DNA from: a bacterium
GTDB lineage: Bacteria; UBP18; UBA7526
Direction of reading: 5' to 3'
Length of the DNA stretch: 62,354 nt
Assembly: GCA_030619985.1 (NCBI GenBank)
Contig: JAUXAI010000003.1
Location: 1 to 62,354, forward strand
The translations under genes were made by a program, and so were the position numbers. Within the stretch, counting starts at the first letter, position 1, and each line of letters starts with the position of its first letter. The notes under the pieces are model-generated. The model did no database searches, was not told where the DNA came from, and saw nothing but the letters and a program-made list of their open reading frames with translations. Positions 19,298-30,528 of the stretch are shown piece by piece.

Positions 19298-20401
19298 TTA
19301 AAATAATCCTTTTATCTTGGGGTAAAATCGGGCAGTGAGATTATGGGAGTAAATGAAGAGCCTTTTCTTAAACCAGCCTAAATCCCCTTTCTTAACCTCG
19401 AACCTCTTGAGATACATAGGATCGGTATTAGAAATATTTGCTCCTGGCTGGGTGGTTACCGCCCCTAAATAACCACACTCTCTGGCCCATTTCACTAGTT
19501 CATCATCATATGCTCCGCCTGGCCAGGCGATGAATCTACATTTTCTATTTAGTCTCTTTTCTATGATATCCTTAGAGAGTAGTAGTTCTTTCTTAACTCT
19601 TTCCTTTCTCTTTTCTAAAGTTTCATAACTATCCTTTAATTTATTCCCTGCCCGATGATCGTCTACTATCCCGTCCAATTCTTTCTTCCAATCCTTCTTT
19701 TCAAAGAACCTCTCTCTCCCCTTTCGCGAAACATATTCTGCCAGTTTATCTCTTAAGTCCCGATCGTCAAAATATCTTCGCCCTGCCAGAGATGGCTTAT
19801 CCTCATATATGGGAAGGCCTAACTTCAGATCGCCCCCGGTGAGCCAGCCTGTACGCCACTTATTCCCTCGATAATAATCAACTATCTTATCGCTCACATA
19901 GCAGTAACTGTGAAGGTGACTGTGAGATTGAATATCTATTAGGCCACTCTGCGACATCTCTTTTGCTTCTTCCCATGTGATGTGGTCATCCGAGCCTTCA
20001 GAGTTCCTGACACATCTTAGGTTACTCTGGTAGTGATTAGAGATCCTGGGGAGCTTCTCCTTATCGACTTTTCCATTCCAGACATCCTCTAAGTTAGGGC
20101 GATAGGAACTGGACTTCTTCTTGATGCGCGAGGTTATGACGAAGATAGTTGCTTTCAAATTATACTTTTTCAGGATGGAATAGGCATAGACCCAGTTATC
20201 GAGATAACCGTCATCAAAGGTAATGGCTACCCTTCTTGTATTTTTTTCCTCTTTTAAAGAATCGTTTAACTCGTCCAGAAAAAGGGTCTGGCAATCTTTT
20301 CTTGCCAGATACTCCATCTGGTGATCAAAATAATCCGGAGAAATGGTAAACTTATCTTTTAACTCATTCACATGATGATACATCAGAACCGGGATGCTCA
20401 C
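19298..20401 (-). CDS. Polysaccharide deacetylase (CE4)
   Basis: PVLMYHHV, ITFDDGYLDN, QSHSHLH, AWPGG. Confidence 0.9.
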   Translation of the reverse strand: MSIPVLMYHHVNELKDKFTISPDYFDHQMEYLARKDCQTLFLDELNDSLKEEKNTRRVAITFDDGYLDNWVYAYSILKKYNLKATIFVITSRIKKKSSSYRPNLEDVWNGKVDKEKLPRISNHYQSNLRCVRNSEGSDDHITWEEAKEMSQSGLIDIQSHSHLHSYCYVSDKIVDYYRGNKWRTGWLTGGDLKLGLPIYEDKPSLAGRRYFDDRDLRDKLAEYVSRKGRERFFEKKDWKKELDGIVDDHRAGNKLKDSYETLEKRKERVKKELLLSKDIIEKRLNRKCRFIAWPGGAYDDELVKWARECGYLGAVTTQPGANISNTDPMYLKRFEVKKGDLGWFKKRLFIYSHNLTARFYPKIKGLF

Positions 20402-21099
20402 TTCCCTCTTATCCTCAAGAATAAGACCTGAATAACATTTCCCATTAGGGTTCTCAGGCCCAGCTTGGAAGCCCCATATTTTCTACTCTGAAAGGTAATG
20501 GGGACCTCTTTAATTCTGAAATTCTTCTTATGAATTCTGTAGAGTACTTCAGTAACGATGAAGGGATCCCTGGCCTTTAAACTGTCTAGACCTATCTCTT
20601 CCAGGACCTTTCTTCTGAAACATCTATAGCCTGAGGTAGGATCAGTGACTCGAAAACCCAATAAGGCTCTAATGTAAAGGCAAGCAAGCCTTGAGACCGT
20701 GCGCCTTAAAAAACCCCTTCCCATATCCCTTCCTCCGGGAAGAAAGCGAGAACCAATAACTACATCGCAATCCTTTATCTTTTTCAAGAACTTTGGAATA
20801 TATCTTGGATCGTGGGAAAGATCACCATCCATCTCAATGATATAATCTGCTTTATTCTCTAAGGTATACTTAAATCCTGCAATGCCGGCTAGGCCCCGGC
20901 CTCTCTCAGAGGTCCTTCTCAAGAGATGCACTCTGGAATTCTTCTTAGTATAATTCTTCACAATTTTCCAGGTGCCATCAGGAGAGTCATCATCTATCAC
21001 CAAAACCTCAAGATCTTCTTCAAGATTCATAATCTCATCAAGCAAGGGAGTAATGTTCTCCCTCTCATTATAGGTGGGAATCATGACCATGGTCTTCAT
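20398..21099 (-). CDS. GT2, polyprenol-phosphate mannose synthase (DPM1-like)
   Basis: IPTYNERENI, DDDSPDGT, EMDGDLSHDP, DPTSGYR. Confidence 0.9.
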   Translation of the reverse strand: MKTMVMIPTYNERENITPLLDEIMNLEEDLEVLVIDDDSPDGTWKIVKNYTKKNSRVHLLRRTSERGRGLAGIAGFKYTLENKADYIIEMDGDLSHDPRYIPKFLKKIKDCDVVIGSRFLPGGRDMGRGFLRRTVSRLACLYIRALLGFRVTDPTSGYRCFRRKVLEEIGLDSLKARDPFIVTEVLYRIHKKNFRIKEVPITFQSRKYGASKLGLRTLMGNVIQVLFLRIRGK

Positions 21100-22217
21100 T
21101 TTAATAGATCTTTAACTGCTTGAAAGACTATCTCAGGACTAATACTCTCCATGCAGTTAGGATGTTTGTCACAGGTTACTTTATAACAACAGAGGCAATC
21201 CATATCAGGAACGATCTTCTTCCCTCTCCCATAGAGTTCGACCTCAGAAGAAGAAGTAGGGCCGAATAGAACGACTACCTTTTTCTTCAAAGCAACCGCA
21301 GCATGCATCGCCAGGGTATCACCAGTTATCACTAAGTCACAGAGGTTTAATAGCGATAAAAATTCTCTTATGGTATTCTTATGGCCGGTATTGTTGAGGG
21401 GGGCTTTTGATCGCTCCATGATCTCTCTATTTCTCCTTATCTCTTCTCTTTCACCAAATAATAGTATCCTAGTATCCTTTATTTCTTTATCTATTTTCTT
21501 AATGAGTCTTAAATAGCCTTCTATGGTCCATTTCTTCAGTTCCCACCTTCCTCCTGCACCCGTGACCAATCCAATAATTTTCTTCCCACCCAGATTATGT
21601 TCCTTGGTAAACTTATTAGCAAAATCTGTCTCTCTTTCTCTCAGATTGATAACCGGTTCTTCTTTTTTAAATCTAAGTCCTGCTATTTTAAAGATGATTT
21701 CCTGATAGGTTTTCCTATTCTTTCTCTTTAAATCGTCATCTATCCCCATCCGGAACCATTCCTCTGCCTCTTTATTGAAAGGGAAAACAGACCCTCTTTT
21801 ATCGAGTCCAAACCCCAGTTTCTTCTTCCCTTTAGCCAGGGAGGCGAGGCAAGAACTCCTTGGTAAGGAATCAAGATTGATGACCAGATCGAATTCTTCA
21901 ACTAGTAAGTGAGATAGGGCCTCTGGGCCATAGGGAAGGATACCATCGAGATAGGGATTATTTACCAGTAATTCTTTTGACCCCTCATCCACAACCCAGG
22001 TAATCTGGCTTCTCTTATACCTCCTTTTCAAAGCCTCTAAGATAGGAGTAGTCCTTAAGACATCACCCATAGCCCCTAATTTTATAATGAGAATTCTCAT
22101 CTTTATCGGATCATAGTACTTACAGTCAGAGCACTTGACCCCTTCTTCCTTATGATATTTGCAAGGACGATCCCCGAGGAAGTAGCGGCAGTCCGATCTG
22201 ACCAATTCCTTAGTCAT
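21096..22217 (-). CDS. GT9 heptosyltransferase with Cys-rich N-terminus
   Basis: DCRYFLGDRPC, IKLGAMGDVLRTT, GDTLAMHAA, FGPT. Confidence 0.88.
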   Translation of the reverse strand: MTKELVRSDCRYFLGDRPCKYHKEEGVKCSDCKYYDPIKMRILIIKLGAMGDVLRTTPILEALKRRYKRSQITWVVDEGSKELLVNNPYLDGILPYGPEALSHLLVEEFDLVINLDSLPRSSCLASLAKGKKKLGFGLDKRGSVFPFNKEAEEWFRMGIDDDLKRKNRKTYQEIIFKIAGLRFKKEEPVINLRERETDFANKFTKEHNLGGKKIIGLVTGAGGRWELKKWTIEGYLRLIKKIDKEIKDTRILLFGEREEIRRNREIMERSKAPLNNTGHKNTIREFLSLLNLCDLVITGDTLAMHAAVALKKKVVVLFGPTSSSEVELYGRGKKIVPDMDCLCCYKVTCDKHPNCMESISPEIVFQAVKDLLK

Positions 22218-23655
22218 GGAATAAACCTCCCAGATAGTTACGACAGCGATAGATAGAGAAGGCCTTTATCTTCTCTCCTTTGCGGAAGATGGGAATATCC
22301 TTCTCTTTCTTTAGCGAGCTGAAGTGGGAGCTAACGAAGGTTAGTTCATCATAATCGCTATAGGTGACAAAGAGGGCATCCCTTCCTTTTAGAAAGTCGA
22401 TATTTCCCCAGTAATCCTTTCCATACTGGGAGTCCATTTCGTAGGTCTGGTATTTCTCATCTGTGTAAAAAGCAATCTCAGCTGCTAACTGATGTCGAGG
22501 AGCAAAGATAAAGCTCTCTTCCGACATCTCTTTCTTAAGCCTGCTCACCTCTCTCCCCAACTCTTTCCAGCCATAGAGCCAGTTAATGGGCTTTATCTTA
22601 GGAGGAAGGAGAGGGAAAGAATGGGCCAATATAGTAAACGAGAGGCTAGTAAGAAAGATTAAAAGAACTAATGCGATCTTTTTTCTCTTCTTCTCTATGG
22701 CAAAGAGAAAAACACTTAAGAGGACTATTGCTGAGAGATAACCCATGGCCGGCCAGTTGGCCTCTACCTTGGAGCGCAGACTGGTCAGAAGGAAGAAGAA
22801 GAAAATGGGCAGAGAGAAACAGGAGAGAAGCAAGAGGTTATCTCTTTTCTCTTTAGTCCTGAGATGGAAGCCTTTTATCATACTATAGAGAAGTCCAAAG
22901 AAGAGAAGGGGGGAGATAATCCCTGCCTGGGAACCGAGATAATCTCCTAAATTGCGCAGGGGAAACCCCCTTCTTCCCAGTCCATGGCTCAGTTGTTTAG
23001 CAAAAGAGACCCAACCATGGTTATAGTTCCAGATGATAACTGGAAGAAAGATAAGAAAAGCAATGACTAAAGCAAGATAGGGCTCCTTACACTTGAGCCA
23101 TTTCCTATTCTTCCCGGATAATAAGAGAAAGAGCAGGGCACAGGGAAAGAAGAGAACCATAGTATACTTGCTTAAAAGGCCCAGGCCAACTGCTACCCCC
23201 AAAGGATACCACCAGCCTCTATTCCCTCTTTCACTTGCCTTATAGAGAAAGCAGAGGGAAAGCATCCAGAAAAAGACCAGAGGAACGTCGGGAGTAATGA
23301 TGAGCGCCCCAATGGCAAAACCTAAAGTAATATTCAAAAGAAGAACAGAGAAAAAGGCGATCCTTTCGCTCTTAAAGATATCGCGGGCCAAAAGATAGAT
23401 TAGGATGCTTACTCCTAAAGCAAGCAGCACTGCTCCCAATCTCACCCAAAATTCACTATCTCTTCCTATCAGGGTAAAGATGCGAATGATGTAGGCTACC
23501 ATGGGAGGATGAGTGTAGTAAGAAAGGGAGGGATTCCTCGACCAATCCCAGTAATAGGCCTCATCCGGAGAGAGGTTAAAGCTTTTAATATAGAAGAGGC
23601 GAAATATGGTAAGCGATAAGAGTAGAACCAGAAAAAGGATACGATATTTCTTCAA
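22210..23655 (-). CDS. ArnT/PMT-like membrane glycosyltransferase (GT-C)
   Basis: DEAYYWDW, HPPMVAY, TPDVPL, GLLSKYT; multiple TM helices. Confidence 0.88.
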   Translation of the reverse strand: MKKYRILFLVLLLSLTIFRLFYIKSFNLSPDEAYYWDWSRNPSLSYYTHPPMVAYIIRIFTLIGRDSEFWVRLGAVLLALGVSILIYLLARDIFKSERIAFFSVLLLNITLGFAIGALIITPDVPLVFFWMLSLCFLYKASERGNRGWWYPLGVAVGLGLLSKYTMVLFFPCALLFLLLSGKNRKWLKCKEPYLALVIAFLIFLPVIIWNYNHGWVSFAKQLSHGLGRRGFPLRNLGDYLGSQAGIISPLLFFGLLYSMIKGFHLRTKEKRDNLLLLSCFSLPIFFFFLLTSLRSKVEANWPAMGYLSAIVLLSVFLFAIEKKRKKIALVLLIFLTSLSFTILAHSFPLLPPKIKPINWLYGWKELGREVSRLKKEMSEESFIFAPRHQLAAEIAFYTDEKYQTYEMDSQYGKDYWGNIDFLKGRDALFVTYSDYDELTFVSSHFSSLKKEKDIPIFRKGEKIKAFSIYRCRNYLGGLFHD

Positions 23656-24758
23656 ATCTCTTTTCTTCTCTTCTTTAGTAACTCTCGATAGAGGTTCTCT
23701 ATTCTTTCTATCATGGTCTCTTGGCTAAACTTCTCCTCTACCAGCCTTCGCCCATTCTTCCCCAATCTCTTTGCCTTCTCCCTATCCTCTAATAGCTCAA
23801 GTATTGCCCTTGCCAAAGCCTTGCTATCAGCAGGAGGAACTAATAGACCAGTCTGGTTATGAATAATTACCTCTGGAATACCTCCTACACGAGTAGCAAT
23901 TACTGGTTTCTTCATAGCCAAGGCCTCTAGAAGAGCCGTGCCTAAAGCTTCTCTTAAGGAGGGCATAGTAAAGATATCCAGAGCCGCTAAAACCTGTGGG
24001 ACATCAGGGCGGAAACCAGTCACGAGAATCTTTTTTTCCAACTTTAATTCCCGCACCCTACGAACAATGGTCTTCCCTTTCGGCTCTTGGCCCACAATGA
24101 GGAATCTAACTTTGGGGTGTACTTTTAATATTCTCTGTGCCGCTTCTATAAAATAAGGATGACCTTTTTCAGTTCTAATAACCCCAATCATTCCCACTAA
24201 GGGAACCTCAGGATCAATTCTTAATTTTTCCCTTACCTTTCTCCCACTCATCTTAAAATCAAACTTCTTTAGATTTATGGCAGTAGGAATAGAAATAATT
24301 TTCTCTGGTTTTATCCTGTTCTTTTGAATCATAGTTTCTCGAACATAATTACTCACCGTGATAATTCTGTGGGGCAGTTTATAAACGATATTAAAAGGAT
24401 GGTTTGATATGGGAATAGTGACATGACGGGTTCTGAGGAGAATTGGTCGGTGAGCCAAGCGGGCAGCAAAGGAAGCAATCCAGGAGTCCTTTGAGGAATG
24501 AGTATTAACAATGTCTACCTTTTCTCTTCTTATTAGAGAGAAGAGCCGGAAGAAAGCCCTTAAAATCTCCCTATTCCTCATCTCTATCTCTCTTACCTCA
24601 ATCCCTATCTCCTTAGCATGCTTCCCCAAAGCACTTCCCGGCTGAACGGCAAGGATTACTCGGTAGCCTCTCTTCTTAAATTCTCTTGCCTCAGCAAATG
24701 TCCTCCTCTCCTGGCCGCCCCATCTCTTGGCAGATTCGGTATGTAAAATAGTGAGCAT
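23652..24758 (-). CDS. Glycosyltransferase family 4
   Basis: ILHTES..WGGQE, THSSKDSW, PSLREALGTALLEA; likely start MLTIL at 24758. Confidence 0.88.
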   Translation of the reverse strand: MLTILHTESAKRWGGQERRTFAEAREFKKRGYRVILAVQPGSALGKHAKEIGIEVREIEMRNREILRAFFRLFSLIRREKVDIVNTHSSKDSWIASFAARLAHRPILLRTRHVTIPISNHPFNIVYKLPHRIITVSNYVRETMIQKNRIKPEKIISIPTAINLKKFDFKMSGRKVREKLRIDPEVPLVGMIGVIRTEKGHPYFIEAAQRILKVHPKVRFLIVGQEPKGKTIVRRVRELKLEKKILVTGFRPDVPQVLAALDIFTMPSLREALGTALLEALAMKKPVIATRVGGIPEVIIHNQTGLLVPPADSKALARAILELLEDREKAKRLGKNGRRLVEEKFSQETMIERIENLYRELLKKRRKEI

Positions 24759-24760
24759 AC

Positions 24761-25696
24761 TTACTCCAATCGCCTGCGGAACCAATCTACTGTTTTCTTT
24801 AGGCCTTCTTCGAAACCAACCCCTATCTTATAGCCAAGCGCTTCTTCTGCCTTGGAGATGTCTGCCTGAGAATGTCTGACATCTCCCGGCCGGGGATCAG
24901 TATATAGGGGTTGGGTATCCGTATTCATCAACTTATTTAAATTCTTCACTAGTTCATTCACTGTAATTTTCTTCCCGCAGGCGATGTTGAAGATTCTTCC
25001 TTTAACCTTTGAAGTAGTGGCCAATAGATTTGCACCTACCACATTTAAGACATAGGTAAAGTCCCGGGACTGCTCTCCATCCCCATAGATGGTGGGCCTT
25101 TTCCCTTTTAACATAGAAGAGATGAACTTGGGAATGACTGCTGCATACTGAGAGGTGGGATCCTGTCTGGGACCAAAGACATTGAAGTAGCGAAGGACTA
25201 TGGTCTCCAGTCCGTATAAAGAGGTAAAGAGCTTAGAATATTCTTCGCCTGCTAATTTGCTCAGGGCATAGGGAGAAAGGAGAGAAGCTCTGGCATCCTC
25301 TCTTTTAGGCAGCTGAGGAGTGTCTCCATATACTGAGGAGGAAGAGGCATAGACTAACTTCTTCACTCCCTCTTCTTTCGCTGCCATCAAGATATTCAAA
25401 GTGCCCAAGACATTTACTTCATTGGTAGTTATGGGGTCCTTAATAGATCTGGGAACAGAGGGGAGGGCAGCCTGATGCAAACAAAAGTCTGTTTCCTGCA
25501 TGGCTTTTTTGACTATCGTCAGATTCCTGATATCCCCTTCTATGAGTTCAATATCTTTTAAAAAGGGAGTGATATTTTCCTTCTTGCCTGTGGAGAAGTT
25601 GTCAAGGACTCTTACCTTCTCTTTTCTTCTGACCAATTCTTCCACGATGTGGGAGCCAATGAACCCCGCACCACCAGTTACCAAATAGAAAACCAT
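24761..25696 (-). CDS. NAD-dependent nucleotide-sugar 4-epimerase (SDR, WbpP-like)
   Basis: TGGAGFIGS, YALSK (YxxxK), RYFNVFGPRQDP. Confidence 0.9.
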   Translation of the reverse strand: MVFYLVTGGAGFIGSHIVEELVRRKEKVRVLDNFSTGKKENITPFLKDIELIEGDIRNLTIVKKAMQETDFCLHQAALPSVPRSIKDPITTNEVNVLGTLNILMAAKEEGVKKLVYASSSSVYGDTPQLPKREDARASLLSPYALSKLAGEEYSKLFTSLYGLETIVLRYFNVFGPRQDPTSQYAAVIPKFISSMLKGKRPTIYGDGEQSRDFTYVLNVVGANLLATTSKVKGRIFNIACGKKITVNELVKNLNKLMNTDTQPLYTDPRPGDVRHSQADISKAEEALGYKIGVGFEEGLKKTVDWFRRRLE

Positions 25697-26700
25697 CAGA
25701 TTAGCTTTTTAATCTCTTTTTCGATCTCTTGGGCTATTTTGGGATTCTTCTTTAAGAAGCTCCTCAGCCCTTCTCTTCCCTGACCGATCTTACTTTTCTT
25801 ATAGGAAAACCAAGCCCCGGCTCTCTTGATAATTCCCTTTTCTAAACCAAGATCGATGAGGCAGCCTTCCTTTGAAATTCCCTTGCCATAGATGATGTCA
25901 AATTCCGCTCTCCTAAAGGGAGGGGCAACCTTGTTCTTAGCGATCTTAACTACTGTTCGATTACCGATGATATTTGGTCCTTCCTTTATGGGACCGATCC
26001 TTCTAATATCCATCCTCACTGTGGAATAGAACTTAAGCGCCCTTCCTCCTGGAGTGGTCTCAGGAGAACCATACATCACCCCAATCTTCATCCTTATCTG
26101 ATTGATGAATATTACACAGGTCTTGGATTTTGAAATTACTGCCGTTAGCTTCCTTAGCGCCTGGGACATAAGTCTGGCTTGAAGTCCTATCTGGGCCTCG
26201 CCCATCTCCCCTTCGATCTCTGCCCGGGGAACTAGAGCGGCAACAGAATCGATGACAATGACATCTACTGCCCCACTGCGTACCAAGGACTCTGTAATCT
26301 CTAAAGCCTGTTCCCCAGAATCTGGCTGAGAAATTAAAAGATGATCTAGATCCACTCCCAAGATTTTGGCATAGGCAGGGTCCATAGCATGCTCCACATC
26401 TATGAAGGCTGCCTCCCCTCCCATCTTCTGGGCCTCAGCAATAACATGTAAAGAGAGGGTGGTCTTCCCTCCCCCCTCAGACCCGAAGAGTTCGATCACC
26501 CTTCCCCGGGGGACACCGCCGATTCCCAAAGCTATATCAAGGGGCAGGGCTCCAGTAGGAATGGCCTCTATCTTCTCTAGCGGTCTTTCCTTAGTGAGGC
26601 GCATTATAGCCCCCCTTCCATACTTTTTTTCAATCTGCTCCAGGGCTAAATCCAATGCCTTCTCCTTTGCCTTCTCAATCTTCTCTTCTTTCTTCACCAT
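25696..26700 (-). CDS. recA: Recombinase A
   Basis: [44 protein letters not shown]. Confidence 0.98.
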   Translation of the reverse strand: MVKKEEKIEKAKEKALDLALEQIEKKYGRGAIMRLTKERPLEKIEAIPTGALPLDIALGIGGVPRGRVIELFGSEGGGKTTLSLHVIAEAQKMGGEAAFIDVEHAMDPAYAKILGVDLDHLLISQPDSGEQALEITESLVRSGAVDVIVIDSVAALVPRAEIEGEMGEAQIGLQARLMSQALRKLTAVISKSKTCVIFINQIRMKIGVMYGSPETTPGGRALKFYSTVRMDIRRIGPIKEGPNIIGNRTVVKIAKNKVAPPFRRAEFDIIYGKGISKEGCLIDLGLEKGIIKRAGAWFSYKKSKIGQGREGLRSFLKKNPKIAQEIEKEIKKLI

Positions 26701-26713
26701 CTCTTCCTCCTTC

Positions 26714-28516
26714 TTATCTCATTCTTCTTACTGCTAATGTCTTTAAGTATCTCTCCCTTTTTCTCTTTTCCGCGACTATTGCTTTTGCTCTGGCTCCTTT
26801 TGTCCGGTTCATAATGCTTCTTGCCCGAGAAGCGATCTGGCTGTCTTCAGCCACTAAGCTAAGTGCTCTCTCTGCCTTAAGATAAGCAGTGCTTGCCAGG
26901 CCTCGGCGGTGATCGCCCTCTCCTTCTTCAAGGTATTGTCTTGCCAGAGTCTTCACCGTTTGTTCCTGAATCCCTTTCTCTTTATAGGCTAAAGCTAAGA
27001 TATAGTAGGCATCCTCACATAGAGGGTCTAACTCTATTGTCTTCTTGAGCTCAATCATTGCTTCATCATAGAGGCCATAAAGGCGATACCAGTTCCCAAG
27101 ACCCAGATGGGCCTGGCTGGACCTAGGATCTAATCTTATTGCCTCCTTAAATTCATACATTGCTTTCTGATCCTCTTTCACTTCCATATAAGTCAGCCCC
27201 AGACAGGTGTGAGCATCTACCAATTTCGAATCCAGATTTATTGCTCTCTTCAACTCCTCTATAGCAAAGGGGTATTGGCCATATTTATAATAGGTGATCC
27301 CATATTTAAGATAAGAAAAAGCATCGGGTGGTCTTCTCTTATAGCGCTTCAACTCTCTTTGGGCTTTAGCAACTAATTCTTCGATCTTTTTCTCTTCCCT
27401 TATCTCCAGTGCTTTTTTAAGTAGTTCCAGCGCCCCTTGATACTCCTCCTGCTGATAATAGGTTATTCCTCTATTGTGATAGAGGGTGAAAAGGGTGTCC
27501 TTTATCTTCTTCTCCTTTTTACTCTTAAAGGCTAAGGCCTCTTCATATTCAGTAATGGCCTCCTCTTCTCTACCAATGCTTAGATAATAGCTCCCCAATT
27601 GATAATGGGCCTCTGTAATTCTGGGATTTATTCTTATTACTTCCCGGAATTCTAAAGCAGCTAAGCCAGAGTAGCCCCTCTTCTGGTAGCGGAAGGCGAG
27701 CTCCCAATGGGCACGGATATCGTCTGGATTCTTCTCTACCTCCCTCTCTAATTCACTTATACTTTTCCCTAAAAATTGGGCCCCCGGGTAATCGGGAGTG
27801 ATTTCTATTACTTTCTTAAGCTCTTCTATTGCCTCCCCATATCTGCCCTTCTTATAATAAAGAACTCCTAAGTTATTATAAGCATCAGCATATCCCGGAT
27901 CTATCTTCAAGGCCTTCTGATAAGAGAAGAGAGCCTGGTCATAGGTAGCCACATGGTCATCATAATCGCAGGCCTTACTGAACCACTTATAGGCACTTAA
28001 CTTATCTGTCGGTCTTCTCATAATGCGCTTCTTTTCTTTAGTCTTTATCCTGATCTCCAGGGTATCTGCGGTAGCGAAAGTCAGCTGATCCTGCAACTTG
28101 AATATATCGCTCAGACTTCCTGTGACCATGGTAGATTTCAGGATCCTCCCCGTCTCCACTTCCACCATGCGTGCTGTTATCCTGATCTCTCCATCAGATA
28201 TCTGAAAAGCCCCCACTACCAGAAAATCAACATCCAATATCCGGGCAACCTTCTCATATAATCCAATCTCCATACGTATCTTTAATTGTCCTAAAACCTT
28301 CCTTAGCTCACCCTGCTCCACTACCTCTAATTTACCGATCTCCTTGAGCTTATGAGTAAGGGTCTCAGCGATACCGATGGAAAGCCAGTCAATCTCCCTT
28401 TCTCCGGTCAGATTTCTAAAATCCATAACCGCCACCCTCTTCTTGGCAGCAGAGGAAGAAGTAGCATTCATGATAAGAAGAACTGAGATTATTAGGATCG
28501 GTATAGATTTTTTCAT
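26714..28516 (-). CDS. Exported TPR protein with N-terminal CsgG/FlgO/TolB-N-like domain
   Basis: Signal peptide; [10 protein letters not shown]...[11 protein letters not shown]; multiple TPR repeats ([15 protein letters not shown]). Confidence 0.75.
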   Translation of the reverse strand: MKKSIPILIISVLLIMNATSSSAAKKRVAVMDFRNLTGEREIDWLSIGIAETLTHKLKEIGKLEVVEQGELRKVLGQLKIRMEIGLYEKVARILDVDFLVVGAFQISDGEIRITARMVEVETGRILKSTMVTGSLSDIFKLQDQLTFATADTLEIRIKTKEKKRIMRRPTDKLSAYKWFSKACDYDDHVATYDQALFSYQKALKIDPGYADAYNNLGVLYYKKGRYGEAIEELKKVIEITPDYPGAQFLGKSISELEREVEKNPDDIRAHWELAFRYQKRGYSGLAALEFREVIRINPRITEAHYQLGSYYLSIGREEEAITEYEEALAFKSKKEKKIKDTLFTLYHNRGITYYQQEEYQGALELLKKALEIREEKKIEELVAKAQRELKRYKRRPPDAFSYLKYGITYYKYGQYPFAIEELKRAINLDSKLVDAHTCLGLTYMEVKEDQKAMYEFKEAIRLDPRSSQAHLGLGNWYRLYGLYDEAMIELKKTIELDPLCEDAYYILALAYKEKGIQEQTVKTLARQYLEEGEGDHRRGLASTAYLKAERALSLVAEDSQIASRARSIMNRTKGARAKAIVAEKRKRERYLKTLAVRRMR

Positions 28517-29085
28517 AGCTCTTGTAAGACTATTTCTTCTAATGTAGTATAGACGGGGCCTGGTGGTCTTAATTCGCTCTTCATAATGGATAGTTTAGTT
28601 ACTTTCATGTTTCCCAGATTAGAGGTCATGAGTTTAGCAAGGGCCTCTATTAATCTTTCTCTTCCTTTGAGCGACTTCATCCTTCCCAGTGTGAGGTGGG
28701 GACTAAAGGGTCTCTTCTCTTTGGTAAAACTGATCTTGGCCAGGTTCTCTTCTATACTAAAGGCTATTCTTTTTAATTCTTCCTTTCCTTCATCTATTCC
28801 CACCCAGATTACCCTGGGATACTCTATCCTGGGAAAGGCGCCCAGGCCAGAGACGCTTATTTCAAAGGGGGCAAAAGGTCTCAGGGCTTCTCTTGTAAAT
28901 GTCTTAACCTTCTCTAATTTTTCTAAAGTAATATGTCCCAAGAACTTTAGGGTGAGATGGATATTCTCTGGTTTCACCCATTTAACCTGAGCACTGGTTT
29001 TCTTTAATTCTTCTTGTAGCTTACTAATATTCGATAATATCTCTGGAGTCAGTTTTATAGCAATGAATGTCCTTATCTTCTCCAC
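28513..29085 (-). CDS. thpR: RNA 2',3'-cyclic phosphodiesterase
   Basis: Two HxT motifs (HLTLKFLG, PHLTLGR); RTFIAI N-terminus. Confidence 0.93.
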   Translation of the reverse strand: MEKIRTFIAIKLTPEILSNISKLQEELKKTSAQVKWVKPENIHLTLKFLGHITLEKLEKVKTFTREALRPFAPFEISVSGLGAFPRIEYPRVIWVGIDEGKEELKRIAFSIEENLAKISFTKEKRPFSPHLTLGRMKSLKGRERLIEALAKLMTSNLGNMKVTKLSIMKSELRPPGPVYTTLEEIVLQEL

Positions 29086-29111
29086 AACAAAGCTCCAAAA
29101 TGGAAGCTATT

Positions 29112-29145
29112 CGTTTACCGTTACCGTTCACCGTTAACCGTAAAC
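29112..29145. repeat. CCGTTAA-type short tandem repeat
   Basis: cgttta ccgtta ccgttca ccgttaa ccgtaaac. Confidence 0.75.
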
Positions 29146-29147
29146 TT

Positions 29148-30386
29148 TTATTTTAGGAGGTGTCTTCTTACCATATCCAAGGCAGCATTGGCTGCCTTGG
29201 CCTTGATTACCCCTCTTTCTCCCCGAAACTTGAACTCTCTTATCTCTACCTTGTCCTTATGGGCCAGAGCAATATAGACTAGACCAATGGGCTTATCCTT
29301 TGTTGCACCAGTGGGGCCAGCGATGCCGGTAATCCCTAATCCAAAGTCTGATCTGGCAACTCTTTTTACTCCCTTCGCCATCTCTCCTGCTACCTTCTCA
29401 CTTACTGCCCCATACTTCTCCAGAGTGGTCTTTTTCACTCCCAACCGATCTCTTTTCATCCTATTGCTATAGGCTACTACGCTTCCTAGAAAGTAGTCAG
29501 AGGAACCGGAAACATTGGTCAATCTATGAGAGATGAGCCCCCCGGTGCAGGACTCAGCAACGGCAATAGTCTTCTTGCGCATGTATAAGAAATATCCAAT
29601 GACCTCTTCCAGGGCCTGCTTCCCTGTTCCAAAGATGTAGTTTCCCAGTCGTTTGGTAATCTTCTTCCCCATCCCTTCATTCAGCTTCTCCCCTATCTTC
29701 TCATTCCCGGCCTTTGCTGTCAATCTAATATCGACAATATTCTCATGGGCCAGGAGGGAGATTTGAGGATTCTTACTCTTCTTCATGATATCCTTCAGTT
29801 TCTCTGCCACCTTTGATTCTGAAAGGCCGGTAGTACGCAGAATCAAAGATTTGATGACCTCTCTTACTTTGAACCTTTCCTCAAGATAGGGGATAACCTT
29901 TTCTTCAAACATGGGAACCAGCTCATTGTATGGACCGGGGAGAGCAACAATTATCCTGTTCCTGGTCTCTAAAATGAAGCCTGGAGCAATACCTATTCTG
30001 TTTTTCAGGGGATGAGAATCCTTGGGAAGGAAGGCCTGCTTTATATTATCCGAAGGCATAGACTTCCTCTCCTCTTTGAACTTCCCCTCAATCTCAGAAA
30101 GGATCTCCTCATTCAGAACTAGTTGCTCCTCTGCTGCTTTGGCGATTACTTTCTTAGTAATATCATCCGGCGTGGGGCCCAGTCCTCCAATAGTGATTAC
30201 CATCTTGACCCGCCTCAAAGCTTCTTCTAAGGAAGAGGCGATGTCTTTCTCGTCATCCCCGATGGTGATCTCTCTCTCAACCTCAATCCCCAAGGCAGTC
30301 AATCTTTGACAGAGATAAGGGGCATCGGTATTTAGTATCTCGCCTAGGAGATGCTCAGATCCAATAGAGATTATCTCAGCATTCAT
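29148..30386 (-). CDS. cinA: Competence/damage-inducible protein CinA
   Basis: GGLGPTPDD, AVAESCTGGL, TGIAGPTG. Confidence 0.95.
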   Translation of the reverse strand: MNAEIISIGSEHLLGEILNTDAPYLCQRLTALGIEVEREITIGDDEKDIASSLEEALRRVKMVITIGGLGPTPDDITKKVIAKAAEEQLVLNEEILSEIEGKFKEERKSMPSDNIKQAFLPKDSHPLKNRIGIAPGFILETRNRIIVALPGPYNELVPMFEEKVIPYLEERFKVREVIKSLILRTTGLSESKVAEKLKDIMKKSKNPQISLLAHENIVDIRLTAKAGNEKIGEKLNEGMGKKITKRLGNYIFGTGKQALEEVIGYFLYMRKKTIAVAESCTGGLISHRLTNVSGSSDYFLGSVVAYSNRMKRDRLGVKKTTLEKYGAVSEKVAGEMAKGVKRVARSDFGLGITGIAGPTGATKDKPIGLVYIALAHKDKVEIREFKFRGERGVIKAKAANAALDMVRRHLLK

Positions 30387-30398
30387 TCTTTACTCCTA

Positions 30399-30528
30399 AG
30401 TAACCAGTGAACAGCTTCGCTGTAGTTCGGTGTAACGGCCACCTCTGGTGGCCTTGAGTTCGGTGTTCGGTGAATTTATTTTTAACTCCGAATTCCGAAC
30501 TGTAAACTCCGAACCGTTAACTGTTAAC
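30399..30528. repeat. Inverted heptamer element (AGTTCGG...CCGAACT) with two small palindromic inserts
   Basis: Inserts acagc-ttc-gctgt (30411-30423) and ggccacc-tct-ggtggcc (30437-30453). Confidence 0.82.
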